Below, one piece after another: positions 1-13,914 of a DNA stretch of 64,000 bases (position 1 is the first letter of the stretch; every line of letters begins with the position of its first letter). A model generated the notes under the pieces. The model was given only the letters and a program-made list of their open reading frames with translations. It did no database searches and was not told the origin of the DNA. The DNA lies in the NCBI GenBank assembly GCA_964247055.1, contig OZ176051.1, forward strand, positions 14,074,001-14,138,000, written 5' to 3'. This DNA is from Paragordius varius (taxonomy: Eukaryota; Animalia; Nematomorpha). The translations under genes and the position numbers were made by a program.

Positions 1-109
1 CATATCTATCACACTATACATAAGCCTCTTTTAGATTTTTAATACTTTGGCTCTTAGCTTGTTTAGTATCTCATTTAATGCCTAGAATTTGTTATCCATG
101 CATGGAATA

Positions 110-310
110 TTACTTGTATCGACTTGATTGTTTGAATTTTTAAACATATGTACACGAGGAATGATTGTTATTTTTGAATTAATACAAATTTAAAAAGTAA
201 ATTTTGGAAAAATCCTATTGGTGGCCTCAATTTTCTTTTTTGTTTTGGCCTTTCCATGCCATTAGGTATCAGAAAATGCAAAAATAATGGGGTGGTGCAA
301 AACCTTGTTG
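110..310. repeat. Dispersed repeat fragment, direct copy at ~25615-25805
   Basis: Shared string cttgtatcgacttg..tatgtacacgaggaat..aaatcctattgg..ggggtggtg.aaaaccttgtt. Confidence 0.6.
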
Positions 311-1475
311 ACTAGTGTAATTAATTATTACATTTATAGCTGATATGATAATTTCTACTTCACTCATTTTTACTTTGATGGAAGAATTGAAATATATGTA
401 TAAATGTACTAATTAAAGAATATGAATGTGCAGACCGCCAAGATTTTCATTTTATGAGAATGGGCCGCTGAAAAATTGCCGACCCCTGTTTTAGTGTGTG
501 GTAAAAGTTTATCGAAAACTTTATGTTTTAGAACTAAAAATAAATTTGAAAATAACATGTATCAAAGGGTTAGAAACATTAAAAAAATAATGCACATTAA
601 TGAATATCAGCTAAAAAATATTGGCCAATTCACTTTACAGTTAACTATGTGAAATAACGATCATTCTGTAAAATATAATGAATTTCTTCTCGATGTAGGC
701 ATTGAAAAACATTTTTTACAAAATTATTGTTATTGCTCATACTTTGCTGTAATATGAATTGGCCAACATTAATGTGAGAGCGCCTGCATTAAATTGTATA
801 TTGTAAAATCAAAATAAATAAATTGAAATTACTTGTTTGAGAATATTGATATGATGAATGTTTTTCTTTTTTCTCTCCTTTGTTAACTATTAAAATGTCA
901 GAAATTAATAAAGTAACAAACAATATCATTATGGAAATGGATAGTAAAAAAAATGCATTTTTTGCTCTGTCTTCCCTTAACTCAAAAATTAAAATTTGAA
1001 CCCATTTCCTTATAAAAATTAAAATATGTAAATTGTCTTTCACACTATATTAAAAAAAATATATTTTTACGCATTAATATATTACTCCAAATGATATTTT
1101 ATTTGTAATTATCTTAATTTAACAGAGGCAAAAAAAATACATTTTTAATTTTGTGAATCCATAAAATTATAATACTATAATTTTTGATAACAAAATAATT
1201 TCGGACTTAAAAATTTATAAGCACTTAATTTTTGATGTCAACTATCTATGCTTAATTATTTATTTTTTACACTTTTTTAAAGTGTTTACCGGAGAAAATT
1301 TAAAGGTGTATATTAATTATCAACTTATAAAAAAACTGCTTTTTGAGATAAAGGAAAAAAGCATTTTTTCGCTTTTTCTTTCGTTCACTCAATAATAATT
1401 ATCTTTATTCTTTGCCAGTATACGTGCAATCAGGCAATCATTGGTTACATTTCCGTATATAAAAATAATAAATTT

Positions 1476-1592
1476 TGGGCCCCCCTCAAAATAGAAAGGG
1501 GGCCTAAATTTAATTTTAATATAAAAGGGCCCCTGTTTTGCCTTAGGGCCCCCCCGCACTGCTCCTTCAAGCTCCCCGTAGTTTCGCACTGC
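1476..1592. mobile_element. hAT-type MITE end
   Basis: A GGGCCCCC-rich subterminal region ends in tagtttcgcactg (reverse complement CAGTGCGAAACTA), resembling hAT termini. The partner end was not located. Confidence 0.35.
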
Positions 1593-2288
1593 ATCGTCGT
1601 CGAATATACCGTATCCACACCATGTTTTCAAACACCAAAAAGTAGGCTTCAACAAATACAACTTTTAAAGAATAGTAGGCATATTAATAATAATATTTGA
1701 ATGACTTAATCTAATCATATGAATAGCTAATTCTCTGCATTTTTTGTGTTATTTCAAATAAACTAGCCCATCTTAGAGAATTGGCGAAAATTTGAAAATT
1801 TCGGTGCCTACATTTTAAAATTTAAATATTATATATATTCCTATTTAATTTAGGTATATGATATATTCTAATAATATTTTTTGAGAAAGTATCTAGCTCA
1901 AAAAAAATAATTCTGTAACGGAATTTTACGATTATTACAAAAGTGGTAGGTAATAACTTGCATCACTTGTTATAAAAATAACTTTAATCCATCAATTTTT
2001 AAAAATATATTATAATTATTTAAAAAAATTTTTATTATTGACTAAAATACAGATATGGTTTATTAGCCAAATTATTTGACAGTTATTTGTATGGCATAAA
2101 TATTTTTCTTAAATAAATTACGGTGTAGTATATTTGACATGATTTTTAGTTGATTAGTAAATATGGCTATACTTTTTAAAAAACTTTTTTAAATTAAATA
2201 AAATTTTGATTTGATAATACCAATTATTCTTCGGAAAAAAGAAATTTCATATATATGTTAATTCAGTTATCAATAATTTAAAAATAAT

Positions 2289-5200
2289 ATGTATTCATCG
2301 GAATTAGAAAGCAAACCGAAAGGCACCAAAATAAAATTATATTTTATTGCTTTGATCGGAATGATTCAGAAAGTTTCAATAGAGCCGGGTCTCCTATTTT
2401 TCACATCAGCTCAAGTGCTGAATTACCCCGTGTACCATACATTAGTGGTTAATAAAGCCAGGGAATATACATTATGTCATGCATACTATACTGACTGGAC
2501 CAAAGCTTTATCTTACGATTTAGGAGCCAATCAAGGCGACAAATATAATAGAAATATGGAGGCTTCTTTAGTTTATGCCAAGTATCACTCTGCATATCCC
2601 AATTTCAATTACACAAATTGTAAACGAATCCTAAGGCTCCCACTCAAAACAAAAATTAATGCCATACCTCATGAAACTAATTTCACCACATATAATATGA
2701 CAACAAATATAACTAGCAGGAATAACGATGATTTAATTTCGACAACAAGTAGTTCGTTGTTCGAAATGAACTATAATGTGTCCCCTGCATATAATCCTGC
2801 CCAACTTCAAAAGTCACTGGAAATCGAGGTACAAACCCTTGCTGCTAATTATATTTTCTATTCAACTGTTTGTGCATCTGCGCCCGCCATTATTCTTGCA
2901 TTCGTTGTGGGTGTTTGGTCCGATTATTTTTCAAGGACTCAACCCATTATTTTCCCCTTCATTGGAGGGTTCGCTTCTGCCCTTTTCAATATGTTTTCTG
3001 CCATTTATCCTCACCTCAACATATTCTACGTTAATTTGGGATCCCTACTTTTGGGTTTGTTTGGTGGCTTAGAAATTTTATCGATGGCTTGTTTTAGCTA
3101 TGTTTCATGTTGTTATGACAAAGAAGAACGGACAGTTAGATTTGCTTTGGTAAAAAGTTTTGCCACAACCGGAATTTTAATTGGAACCATTTTGGGTACC
3201 ATCCTTTTAAAGTATATACCGAATTTAGGACAAATATTTCTGGTTATAGCAATGTTTCATCTTACAGCCATACTCTACCTTTCCTGCCTCTTTTGGTTTC
3301 AAGAAAAAACGTATTTTGTTAATTTTATACAATATAAAAACAATCCATATGCTTGGGTTTTCTAGGAGAAATATTGTTTAATTGTAAGTAGCTTTTGCTA
3401 GTTTTTGCTGATATTTCATAACCATAAAAAGGGACTTATTTGTTAAAGGTTATATTTTAAATGCAAATATTGCCTTTTTAAGTTAAACAGTTATAATTTA
3501 TTCCGATTTCACAATTTATGAGTAGTATTGATAGAAAATTTAATATGCACCATTTAATCCTACAGTTTATACTCCAAATTCGGGCCAAAGAGAAGGGCTA
3601 GCTTTTGGGATTTAATGCATGGCATGATTCCAGCCCCTATTTTAGCCAAGAAGAATTCAGGCACCAAATATGGCTGGTTTATCATTTTTCCTTCGATTGG
3701 AAAGTTCTGTAGTGGTCTGAAAAACAATTTAATTCATCAAAAAATTTTGTGCTTAACATTGTTAATCACCTTATTCAACATTGATACAATAGGTATTCTC
3801 AAATTTATGCTTAATAATGAATATATATAATACATTTGTAAATTTTATAAGAATGATCGCGAGTGATCTTGGAAAACAAATTATCATTTTGGATTATTAA
3901 TTTTAATTTGGAATGTTAACATTTCTAATAATACCCACAACTTTTTTTGAATCATGTTTATCAAATTTATAGGTTTTAATTATAGTACATTTTGCAAAAA
4001 CCCTAACATGCCATAAGAATCAATAAAAATCTCTTTGAGAAATTATTTTGCATATGACATCACTAAGGTAAGTGGTGTAGATTGGTCAAAATATATGATT
4101 AAAAGTAATATATAGCAATAAATGTTGTTAAATACATCTAGGTGAATTCGATACACTATATTTGTATACCATTGAAAAATTTAAATGGTCCCCTGATATG
4201 TATGCCAATTTCGTCCTAGTTTGGAAAACGGGTGGAGTTATAAGTCTCACCATTATATTACCTATACTCAGCAATCGCCTTGGTCTTTCAGACTTAACTA
4301 TTGCGGCTTTGGGTGTTTTAAGTTCTCTCAGTGGATCCTTCATGTTTGCTCTTGCTAAAAAAGGATATGTCATGTTTATTGGTACATGATATATATATAT
4401 ATATATATACATATATTGTATTGAAATAGAAATATGATAAAAAAATATTTTTTTTATGGACTTATAAAAAATGTTTTTATTTTGACTTATGAAAAATGTA
4501 TATTTATGTTTGAAAAACACAAATTTTTGTTTGCGAAATGTCAACCAACCAAAAATACAAAAGAAAAAACGATTGCCTTTAAGCGATAATTTTTTTTCCT
4601 GGTTTTGTAATAAAAGTCATCAATATTACCAAATATTTTTGTGCACTACTACTACACTCTGAAAAATAATTTATTCAAAAAAAACATTTTTTAAGTTTTA
4701 CTTTCATTGGTTCGGATTAAATTTTAAGTATAATAAATCACAAATTATATTTTAGCGGCCACAATAAGCATGTTGGATGTGCTACCAAATATAACGGTCA
4801 ATTCATGCGTAACTCAGGATATACCCAACAAAGATTTAGGTACTTAAAATTTAAACACTAATCTATCAAAAAAGTTATGAATTAAGTAAAAATTGCAATA
4901 AAAATTTGACAATAATTATTATAAAGTACTTCCCAGTCAAAAATTCTTTTAAGTCAGGAAATCAAAACGTTTTCCCAGTACTCAAACAAATTCCTAGGTC
5001 AATCATAACGTGTTCTAAACCATGTATATTATTTTAGAAAATAAAAATTTTATTAATGACATTCTTTTACCACTTTTTGCCAACTAAACATAGGATATTA
5101 TTTAGAAAAAGCAAATATCTATACCATAATTTTAATATTATATGCTCCAAGTTTGATCAATCATTATATTGCTTATTATACGGTAAAATCTAAAATTATA

Positions 5201-7719
5201 GGGAAAAAACCTAAAAATATAAAGACCATTAATTTTTTTAAAAAGACAACCATAATTTAAATTTAAATCTTTCCCATATATATGATTTATTTACAATTAA
5301 AAAATATATAATTGATTGTGTTACCAATATAAATCTCTATTCTATTCTTTGCAATTTTTAACAATTATTTAGATTTTTAAAAAATTAAGATTCAAAAATA
5401 TGGTTGTCTTTTAGAAACAAATATTTGCCTTTATATTTTTACGTTTTGTTCGTATAATTTCAGTTTTTATTGTGAAATTATGGTTTGAGCGCAATCCATC
5501 AAAAATAATATTTTAAACTATAAAAATACACAGAGTGAAACCTTTATAAGGTCGCCTCCCCCCACTATAAGTTTTTTTATATCTCCCTAATTCATGACTG
5601 TCCACTTTCTAAATTTTGAAAAAAGCCCTAATTTTTTAATTTAAATCGTTTAAAACTTAATACCACCTTGTACATGATTTGTGAATAATTATTCATTCTT
5701 TATAATTATAAATCTATAATTAATATATATCATTTAAAATAAAACCGACTTCATTGATGATTGAAAAAACGTGTTTCAATCGATTAACTGGAAAAGTTTT
5801 TATTGACTGGAAAATCGCTTGGTTTGATTTGAAAATTTTTCTCATGTACATTTGATATCTTTATAGGCCAAATATTTGCAATATTAGCCAGTACGACATC
5901 CGTATCCTCCATATTCTCGTCCTACATCTATACACATCTTTATGAGTTTGCCATTCAAATTCATACGGGGGGTTGGGCCTTCCTTAACAATGTGGGTGCC
6001 AGTATTGTCTATTTCTTCTCAGTTTTATTACTTACACTTACGTTTCCGCTTATCAGGTTGGCTTTGTGTTCAATTATATATATATTTATATGAAACACTA
6101 TCGTTATTTTCTATGATGGTTTTTATGGCGATTTCAATGGATATTTATAAGGAGTTAAAATATGTCATTCATAAATATATATTACATTTTCCAATTTTAG
6201 AAACACCCTAAACATTTCTAATTCATCCAAAAATAAATTAGGTATTTATGCTATAATAAATATTACCCATTTTGTTAAAAAATTTCGTTTTTGACAAAGA
6301 ATTAGAGGAAGGATTCTGCGTACATTTAAAAACTGGAATTGCACGAATTCCTATGGATTGATTGTTAATTTGGATAAAACAAAAGTAATGATGAATGCTG
6401 GTATAAGCAAATTAAATTTGCCGACAATGCGGTAAAGAAATTAAAAGCTAATTCCATCCAATGTTTACAATGTAAATTTTGGTTACTTAAAAATATACCA
6501 ATCTTACAAAACTTTCCCATCAAATAAATTAATTAAATTTTATATGCCAATCAATGCAAGTATTTCCGAATATCCTTATCCCTTATCATCAATGAGTTTG
6601 GAATTAAAAGACTTAACTTTGTTGGCTGGTAAGGTATTAGCAAATGTAGGAGGACTTGGAAAAACTATCAAGCTTCGCATCTCACAGTTGTTTCAAAAAA
6701 AAGATCAATTTGTGGAAAAAAATTTATTTCATCAAAAAGATACATTAATAAGCAACAATAGAACAATTATAATACTTCCAAAGAGCTAATCAACCCGTAT
6801 TACAATATGGGTCAGAGATATGGGAACTGACAAATTAAAACGCGCAAACGTTTGAAAACAACAATTTTAGATTAACACAATCCCAACAAGTTCAATATGT
6901 AAACTATTCAAAATTGTACAGCGTAACGCAATTTGACAATTTGAACATTGATTTACCTCATGATATATTATGGATAAAACAATTAAAAGATACGTCGTTT
7001 CTTTCGGGACAACTTTTTCCATGATATTTGACATAATATATTAATTTATAGTTTTAAATACTTTAGATTATTTTTTAAAAACTAATATATTTGAAATTAA
7101 ATATAATTATTAATGTTGATCAAGACAATTAAGTTAAGGGAAAATCTATATTTCCTTGTTAAATAACGGAAAATGAAATATAAAAATTGATTAATCATAT
7201 GCTAAAATCATATATATTATATCAATATGAATTTATTTAATCAAGAAATAAACACATTGTTTTCAGAGAGAATTTGAACTGTTTAAGGGTATATGTTTAT
7301 TTTTCGTTTCAATAATAATTGTCCTTTGGGATGTGAAGGTATTTCGAGATTGTCAACGTAGATATCAAATAAAAATTATCGTGTAAATAATTAAAAATGA
7401 TTTATCAAATTTAGTATTCAATGTTTTTTGAAATGTAATATAGTCCGTTTATATTTTCTTTACAAGGTGGACATATAAGATTGACAAAAAACTGGCTGAA
7501 GTTAGAAAAGGTATAAACACATCGTTAGAAATGTCAGAATTTCAATCAGAATCCCCCATCCTCGAAACAGCGGCGACGACCTCATCAAACAACAACAGTA
7601 ACAATACAGATGCAGAGTTGGAAAGAGATAAAGTACAAGAATCTTTGGCTCAAAATCTACAGAAAAAAAGAGTTTCGTATGGTGCTTTAATAAAACAAGA
7701 TGTTTCATCAGACATTTAA
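2289..7719 (+). CDS. SLC46-family MFS transporter (PCFT/HCP1/SLC46A3-like), multi-exon
   Basis: Exons were joined by GT-AG and phase: 2289-~3310/3317, an optional 18-nt exon 3366-3383, ~3705/3713-3792, 4142-4381, 4756-4839, 5867-6056 and 7467-7719. Translation shows SLC46-like features: SIEPGLLFF in TM1, a long loop with N-glycosylation sequons (NYT, NFT, NMT, NIT), GVWSDYFSR, ERTVRFA, GEFDTLYLY..FKW, LGLSD..IAALG, KDLGQIFA. The C-tail carries a YxxPhi motif (YGAL). The junction around 3310-3713 is ambiguous. Confidence 0.85.
4929..5830. mobile_element. MITE-like element with cccagtcaa terminal arrays in an intron of the SLC46 gene
   Basis: ttcccagtcaa/aaacgttttcccagt units at ~4930-5010 and inverted ttgactggaaaa units at ~5770-5830. 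The same motif family occurs at 19960-22230. Confidence 0.4.
6300..6900 (+). mobile_element. Degenerate non-LTR retrotransposon RT C-terminal fragment (intronic)
   Basis: Translates to YGLIVNLDKTKVMM (~6352-6395) and QPVLQYGSEIW (~6790-6822), both typical of RTE/L2/CR1 RT C-termini. Confidence 0.5.
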
Positions 7720-7980
7720 GTTATACATATTAATAATCTTTTTTGTACATATATGTATCTCTAAATTGAATTTATCGATGTGTAAAGGCAACTATATTCA
7801 TTATCCAACCAATATGTGATACCAAAATTTATAATATAAATTATAAAAAAATAATTTTGTTCTATATATTTTATTCTACATAATATAGATTCTTTAACAT
7901 GATTAGTTGTGATGATTGCATAGTAATAGTGATAAAATCGAATGTAAAGAGATACAATAAATAAAAGCCATCATTTAAAA

Positions 7981-8209
7981 CAGGGGTGACTAACACGCGG
8001 CGCTCCGAATTTCTGCTGCCCGTGAGAAATTTTCATTACAAAATCTTACGGAATCTAAGAAAAAATTATTTTTAAAAATTTTTTGATAAATCTTTCTAAA
8101 TTTTGTGTTTTTACAGTCAGATCTAAAATCTAATAAAATTTTTGTTAATGCTCATTATTTTCCAAATTTAGCCCGCCTGGATTTGTGATCTTTGTGTTAG
8201 ACACCCCTG
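7981..8209. mobile_element. hAT-type MITE, 229 bp
   Basis: 16-bp TIRs CAGGGGTGACTAACAC / GTGTTAGACACCCCTG with one mismatch. It lies between the convergent 3' ends of the SLC46 and Mondo genes. No clean TSD. Confidence 0.65.
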
Positions 8210-8350
8210 ATATGAATATTGCATAGATAAAAATTTGACACTCTTCTCCCGTTTTGGGATAGATATTCACATGACCAGAGCACATAAAAAAATAAACGTA
8301 AGCCCCCCTTACATAAAACAAATTCAATTCAATTCAAATAAATGATTTGG

Positions 8351-11300
8351 TTAAGTAACAGGGTAATTGGTAGTTGTTGGTGGGACTAAAATATCATAAT
8401 CGCTTGTAGTTTTCATGTGATTTGCAAATTGGTGAGGATCGGATAAAATACATGTTCGTGAACTGATACCCACAAGCCCGTTGGAAACAACTAAAAAATA
8501 TTATAAATTAATGCAATAGTTGATTAATGCCAAATAAATTTGAAATGGGGAAAAAAAATTTTTAGTATTGTTTTTTGTAAAAAAAACTTACTTGGACGGA
8601 GAAATGCGAGCGTAAAAAACGAATTAACCCAATTCATGATAGATTGGCACAGAGAATCTAGGCTTTGTCCAATTATAACATTGGCATTGTACGAGGCAAA
8701 CAATGGTTTCACAATGATACAAAACTATAAATTAGACGGCGACAAATAAATTTACTTTTTTACTAATTGTAATAATTGATTAAACAAAAGCATTAGACTT
8801 TATCATTTGAGTGGTTTATAGTATAGGATAAATTTTACATATTTATATGAATGAAAAAAACAACAACATATTTTTTTAAATTTAAGCCGGCCGTTATAAA
8901 GCTAGCGGACAAGAAACATTAAAGAGATCATATTTAATAATTTGTAGATTTTAGAGGGTTTTGAGACAAACATAATTTCAACTCTCAAAAAAAGGCTATA
9001 CAAAATTAAAGATGAGATTTAAAAAAGAACAAGTAGTACAATTTTATATTTCCAATGTGTATCACACTGGTTTCTAAGGTAGGTTTCAAAGCGTTGAGTA
9101 CAGGCCTGTTCTAACCGTTCTTTAATTCTTTCCTTCGCTAAGCTTTGGAGATGGTTATGATCATTGAAAATATTTGAGTTAATTATGAAATGGTTTGGCA
9201 CATTTTGCGGCACAACGTGTAAAAGATTATTACGTTCACCATCCATGGTATTGAGTGATCTTTGACACATTCTAACAGCACCAACCCCCCCAAAAAATAG
9301 CGTAAAATTTAATTTTAAGTTAGTTTAATTCAAACAATAATGTTTTAAAATAAGGTTTCTCCATCAGAGATTGTTAATAACCAAAAGTATTAATTAATAA
9401 AATAAAGTAATATAACTTGTGATCAACAGATCACAAAACTAAATGTTACCCAATATCCTGTTTAAGGGTATTCATGTGAGTTCTCAACTTGATAACATTC
9501 TGGGTACTTTTAGCAATTTCTTCCCGCATTTGTTTAATATGTTCACAAGCTATGTATGTTTCAAATGTATCATTAAAAAGAAAATCATGTATGAAAATTT
9601 TCCATTTTAAGAGTAAAAAGTTAGAAACAACATTTATACCCCGGTTTAATATAGCGGCCTTTGATAATTTTGTTGGTGGAACAGGACGGGCGTTAGGTAA
9701 AAATGCAGATGAAGGCAAATTGAGGTTATTCCAGACCCCTGAAATCGATGGTTGTGCAATAGTTTGTGGTAAAACAGATAGGATATCATCAAATCCTTGC
9801 TAAAACAAATAAATAAGGAAAAGAGTAATAATAACTTTCAAAATAGAGGACAAACCAATAATATTTACCCACAAAAATTGATTGCCAACCAAGGCTTAAA
9901 GAAAAACTAACCCTTCATTATTGTTTGCGCAATCCCGGCTTATAATAAAAAAGTTTTAACACAATTTCAGCGATAAACATCATATATCACACACACAAAC
10001 GTTTTATTAAACCTTTATATAACATCGCCGTTTATGCTCTGATGTAATATGAGTGTATCGTTTTCTCTCATCGTACGTCATAAAAAGTGGTGCGCACCCC
10101 AAATTATTTTGGGCCATAGAAATTGAGTGGGATGACAAAGATTGACGACTTGTTTGATTGTTGTTCAATGTCAATGACAATAATGTTGAATTTGGGGTCG
10201 ACAAATTTGCAGTTACCATTGCTGAATGGTTGGGATAGGGACCGGCAGGTGCAATTTTTCGATAATAAGGTCTTACAACTGTTATATTATTATTACTGGA
10301 TGTAATTGATGCGTTTAGCAAAGGAGTGGTCTCATTGTTGCCACCTAAAAAACTTTTTTGCATTTCGACATTATTTCGTGTCAAAGACGATTCATGATTG
10401 GCCTCCAATGTTTTATTAAGGCAAATATTTGAGGAGGCTATGGTTGAAAAAACTAAGGGTGTGCTGCTTGTTTTTGCTGTTGTAATTAAACTTGGAATAA
10501 AAGTACATGGCATCATCTAGTAATCAGTAAATACTATAACATAAACTAAAAACGAAATATTTTTAATATTAAAACAACCATACGGTATAATTTTTTGTTT
10601 TTTTGCTAAAAACCATGCATATAAAATAATAAACGTTTTGAAAATAGGGTTGAATCAAAAAATAAGTGTTTGTTTTAGTTTTTGCGTTTTATACGGGTTA
10701 AATACTTTAAAATGCTTTACATAAGTGAGTTAAAAATTAAAGAAAATATTTTATATATAAATACAGGTAATACCTTGGAAACAATTGAGTTATGCGCTAG
10801 AGTTGAAACAAATGGTGCCAATAAATGTGGGGTTGAATATTGCAAAGTTAGTGGTATAGAAGAATTAACTATAAAAAAGATAAATGGTTATATAGATAAT
10901 TTTTTTAAGAAAAACTTATCCTAATATCATCTGTATATGATGGAAAAAAACCCGCAATGGCTGCCTTTTTGTTTAAGTGCTTTGAGATGTTTTCTGATGT
11001 ACATGATATCAATGTTTCATTTGGAGGCAAAACCTTTTCCAAATTGCTGGAATCGGTATTCATGTCCATTGAGGCAACTGAATTCAATGTTTTATGTTTG
11101 TATAACTGATTTTTGTCTAAAAACAAGAGTAACATATTATTTTCAATTTTTCTTTAGGAAAAAATATTAAATAAGCATTTTACGAGTTTCGAAGCAATTT
11201 CCAACATTTTTAAATTAAAAAAATAAACTAACCATTCCCTGCAATAGAATTGGTTTGGACAACGACGTCTTGATTAACAGTCTCTTCTGGCAGAGATGCG

Positions 11301-13387
11301 TTTTGTAACAAGTGATAATATGAGCGTTTTGTACTTCTTACCAATTCCTCCAGCGGTTCTAGACTTTGCATACAACGCGTATCGGGACCGCGGAGACGAT
11401 TCAGTTGAGGTTGATTTAATGTTCGACTCAAAAGTAACGTATCATGTTTATAAGTGTGGGTGGGGACGCATTTCTTTCGTTCAGATTCGCGTTTTTCAGG
11501 CGGGCAACCAGAATGGGTAGGAACCATTGGAGTTGCCGACTTTAATATTGACTCATTATGCTTTAAAGGGAAATTTGTGTCATGAACGAGAAGTTTAGTT
11601 TGATAATTTGTCATAAAAACTTTGTTGGTGTCATCTGAAATTTCGGGTTGTTTGTGATCATTCATGTTAAAAATTGCTAAAAAAATTTTTAAAGAGATAA
11701 CCTGATTATATTTCAATTACTAAAATACAGTGAGGATGATAGATTAATATTATATAGCTTTTATCTAGAAAGTTAAATGTACAATAAATAAGATACAAAA
11801 TTTGCAAAAAACAAATACTTTTGACATTTATTGACTTACGGCGTTTGGAGCTTAGTTTTAATTTACTAAACTTCTAACTCTTAAAAAACACAATTTAGAT
11901 GGCATTTTTCATCTATATATGGCTGATCACATTATTTTTACAATAAGTCTATACCATTCATATCATCAGCCACTATTTCTGTCACGCCATGGGAATTGGG
12001 GTGTAACAGATCCTCAATATTCTCAAATTCGTTAACTAGGGCCACGTCATTTAGGTATTCAGGGAACAGGCAAAACTCTTCAAAAGAACCGGCAAAACTT
12101 TTGTTAAATTGATTGTTAGAAACAACAACCTCCATCAATTCAAACAAATCGTCCGCGCTTGATGTGTTAGTCAGGGCAGCAGACGATAATTTCGTATGAT
12201 GAACATGTGATGTGGATATTGATGCGCCTGCAGACGAATTATACGAAGATAATAAAAAAGTTTCTGTGATCAAACCATCTTTCGAACTTCGCCGGCTTGA
12301 AACATCATTAAATTTTGTGATAATCTCGCCCAAATCTTTTAAAGTATGGCAAGTCTAATGACGTGAATAAAATAGTAAATATATATATATAATATGATAG
12401 GAATTGATCAAAGGTTTTTAAAATATAATATTTACCTTCAAAATATTTGGTAATTTATATTCTAATTTAAAGTTGCACTTTTTAGGCGTGATACCATGAT
12501 GATACCGAAGGCAATCTTTCATACTTGTACGCCATTTACGATATTCAGCAATAACACTATCCAATCGTCTTTTCCAGTATGTACCTTCTAGAACTATAAT
12601 CTAAAAATTATAAACACTGTATTAGTTAAATAATTCAAAGTTCCCTTTAAAAGAATCTAATTATACCTGAGGTATCTTTTCGTCTTCTGTAACTTCAAAT
12701 TGGCAAACTGATGGTTTAACCCGATAAATGACTAAAGTAGCATATAAGAATTAAATATAAGATTTGAAGACAGAATAAATATTACATACATTGCATGTGC
12801 CAGGCTCGCCACAAAATATTATTTAATCGCAATTTGTCCTTCAAATGCAGCTTCAATCCCCTAAACCAATTCCATCGAGGCGACATTGGTTTTTCACTAA
12901 AATTAATAACAAAAAACTTGTATGCTAACGTTAAACATTGAAAAAGTCGAGATAGTGAATTATCAAAAGCTGTCATATCTTCCAGTCTTTTCTGTTTGCT
13001 TAACTCATTATTGGAGTGATTTTCTTTAGGAGATGTATATATAAGTGATTGAGAATTATATTCATTATAATATACGGGTTTTATTGGGGGGTATTTAATC
13101 GATTCGCCTGTTGAAGAAGTCATAATGTCTCCCGCATTTGATAAAAAAGATAAGGGTATTTGTGACAACCTTGAATCATTTATATTTGGAGTATGAATTT
13201 GTTGAAATTGGCTATTTTCATTAATGTGTTCATTTGATTGGAGATTAATATTTTCTACAGATTTGCTCTCAATCGATGCGGAAGAGGCTTTGTCGTCAGA
13301 TTCATAGCCATTTACATCACTTATCATAAGATGTCCACTATATATTCCACCGGTGACATTATTGTTTAGATTAGAATGAAATGCCAT
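8351..13387 (-). CDS. MLXIP: Mondo / MLX-interacting protein (MondoA/ChREBP orthologue), bHLH-ZIP glucose-sensing transcription factor, multi-exon
   Basis: Mondo conserved regions are present: IYSGHLMIS, SLSRLFQCLTLAY, SPRWNWFRGLKLHLKDKLRLNNILWRAWHMQ, VCQF, IVLEGTYWKRR..EYRKWR. The bHLH-ZIP reads HITSEHKRRCYIKQGFD..KLSKAAIL..ACEHIKQM. The C-terminal region has WKYKIF..IVKPLFASYN and LRPIV..SRTCILSDP, with the stop at 8351-8353. Several introns of 58-81 nt are clear (12732-12789, 12601-12666, 12355-12435). Exon boundaries between ~10520 and ~11940 are not fully resolved. Confidence 0.92.
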
Positions 13388-13914
13388 TCAGATAGTTACA
13401 ATTTCATAAAACTTTATGATGAAAGATTCAATGACAATCAGATCATATAGAGTTCTGGCAAATAAATGTTGAACGCATGACATAAAACTGTAGGGGTGTG
13501 TCGTGGCAAACCTCCACAGGAAAACATATAATTTTTATGATGTTGGCTTATCGGAAAACTATTTTATTTGTAATAAGCCGGAGAAACCATACTGCAATCT
13601 TTAGTATAAACAGTGTCTATAAAACCCTTGAAATATAGATATTCTGATTTTAGCCCGTACGAATAAATTATTTACACTCGTAGAAATGGCAAAATTTGCA
13701 CACTTTTATTAAACAAGACTTTTTTGGTAAAAGCTTAATTCTTTTTAACAAAAAACATTACTATATATATTTATATATATTATAAAGTGGATATAAAAGC
13801 ATAACAATTTTTATAGAATTTTAAATTCACTGATGAAATATAGATGTTCTGGCTTTTGGCTCCTATAAAGAAACTTATTTACCCTCATGTTGTTAGTGCT
13901 CCCTAAAGTTCCAT

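Noticed and set aside
789-1661. Short ORFs 789-1043 and 1389-1661, and similar 60-90-aa AT-rich ORFs across the window
   Set aside because: Composition is dominated by I/F/K/N/L from AT-rich codons, with no motifs or splice support; several overlap MITE ends.
7719-8351. Functional link between the convergent SLC46 transporter and the Mondo nutrient sensor
   Set aside because: Adjacency alone is not evidence; no overlap of coding regions or shared regulatory signal is visible.
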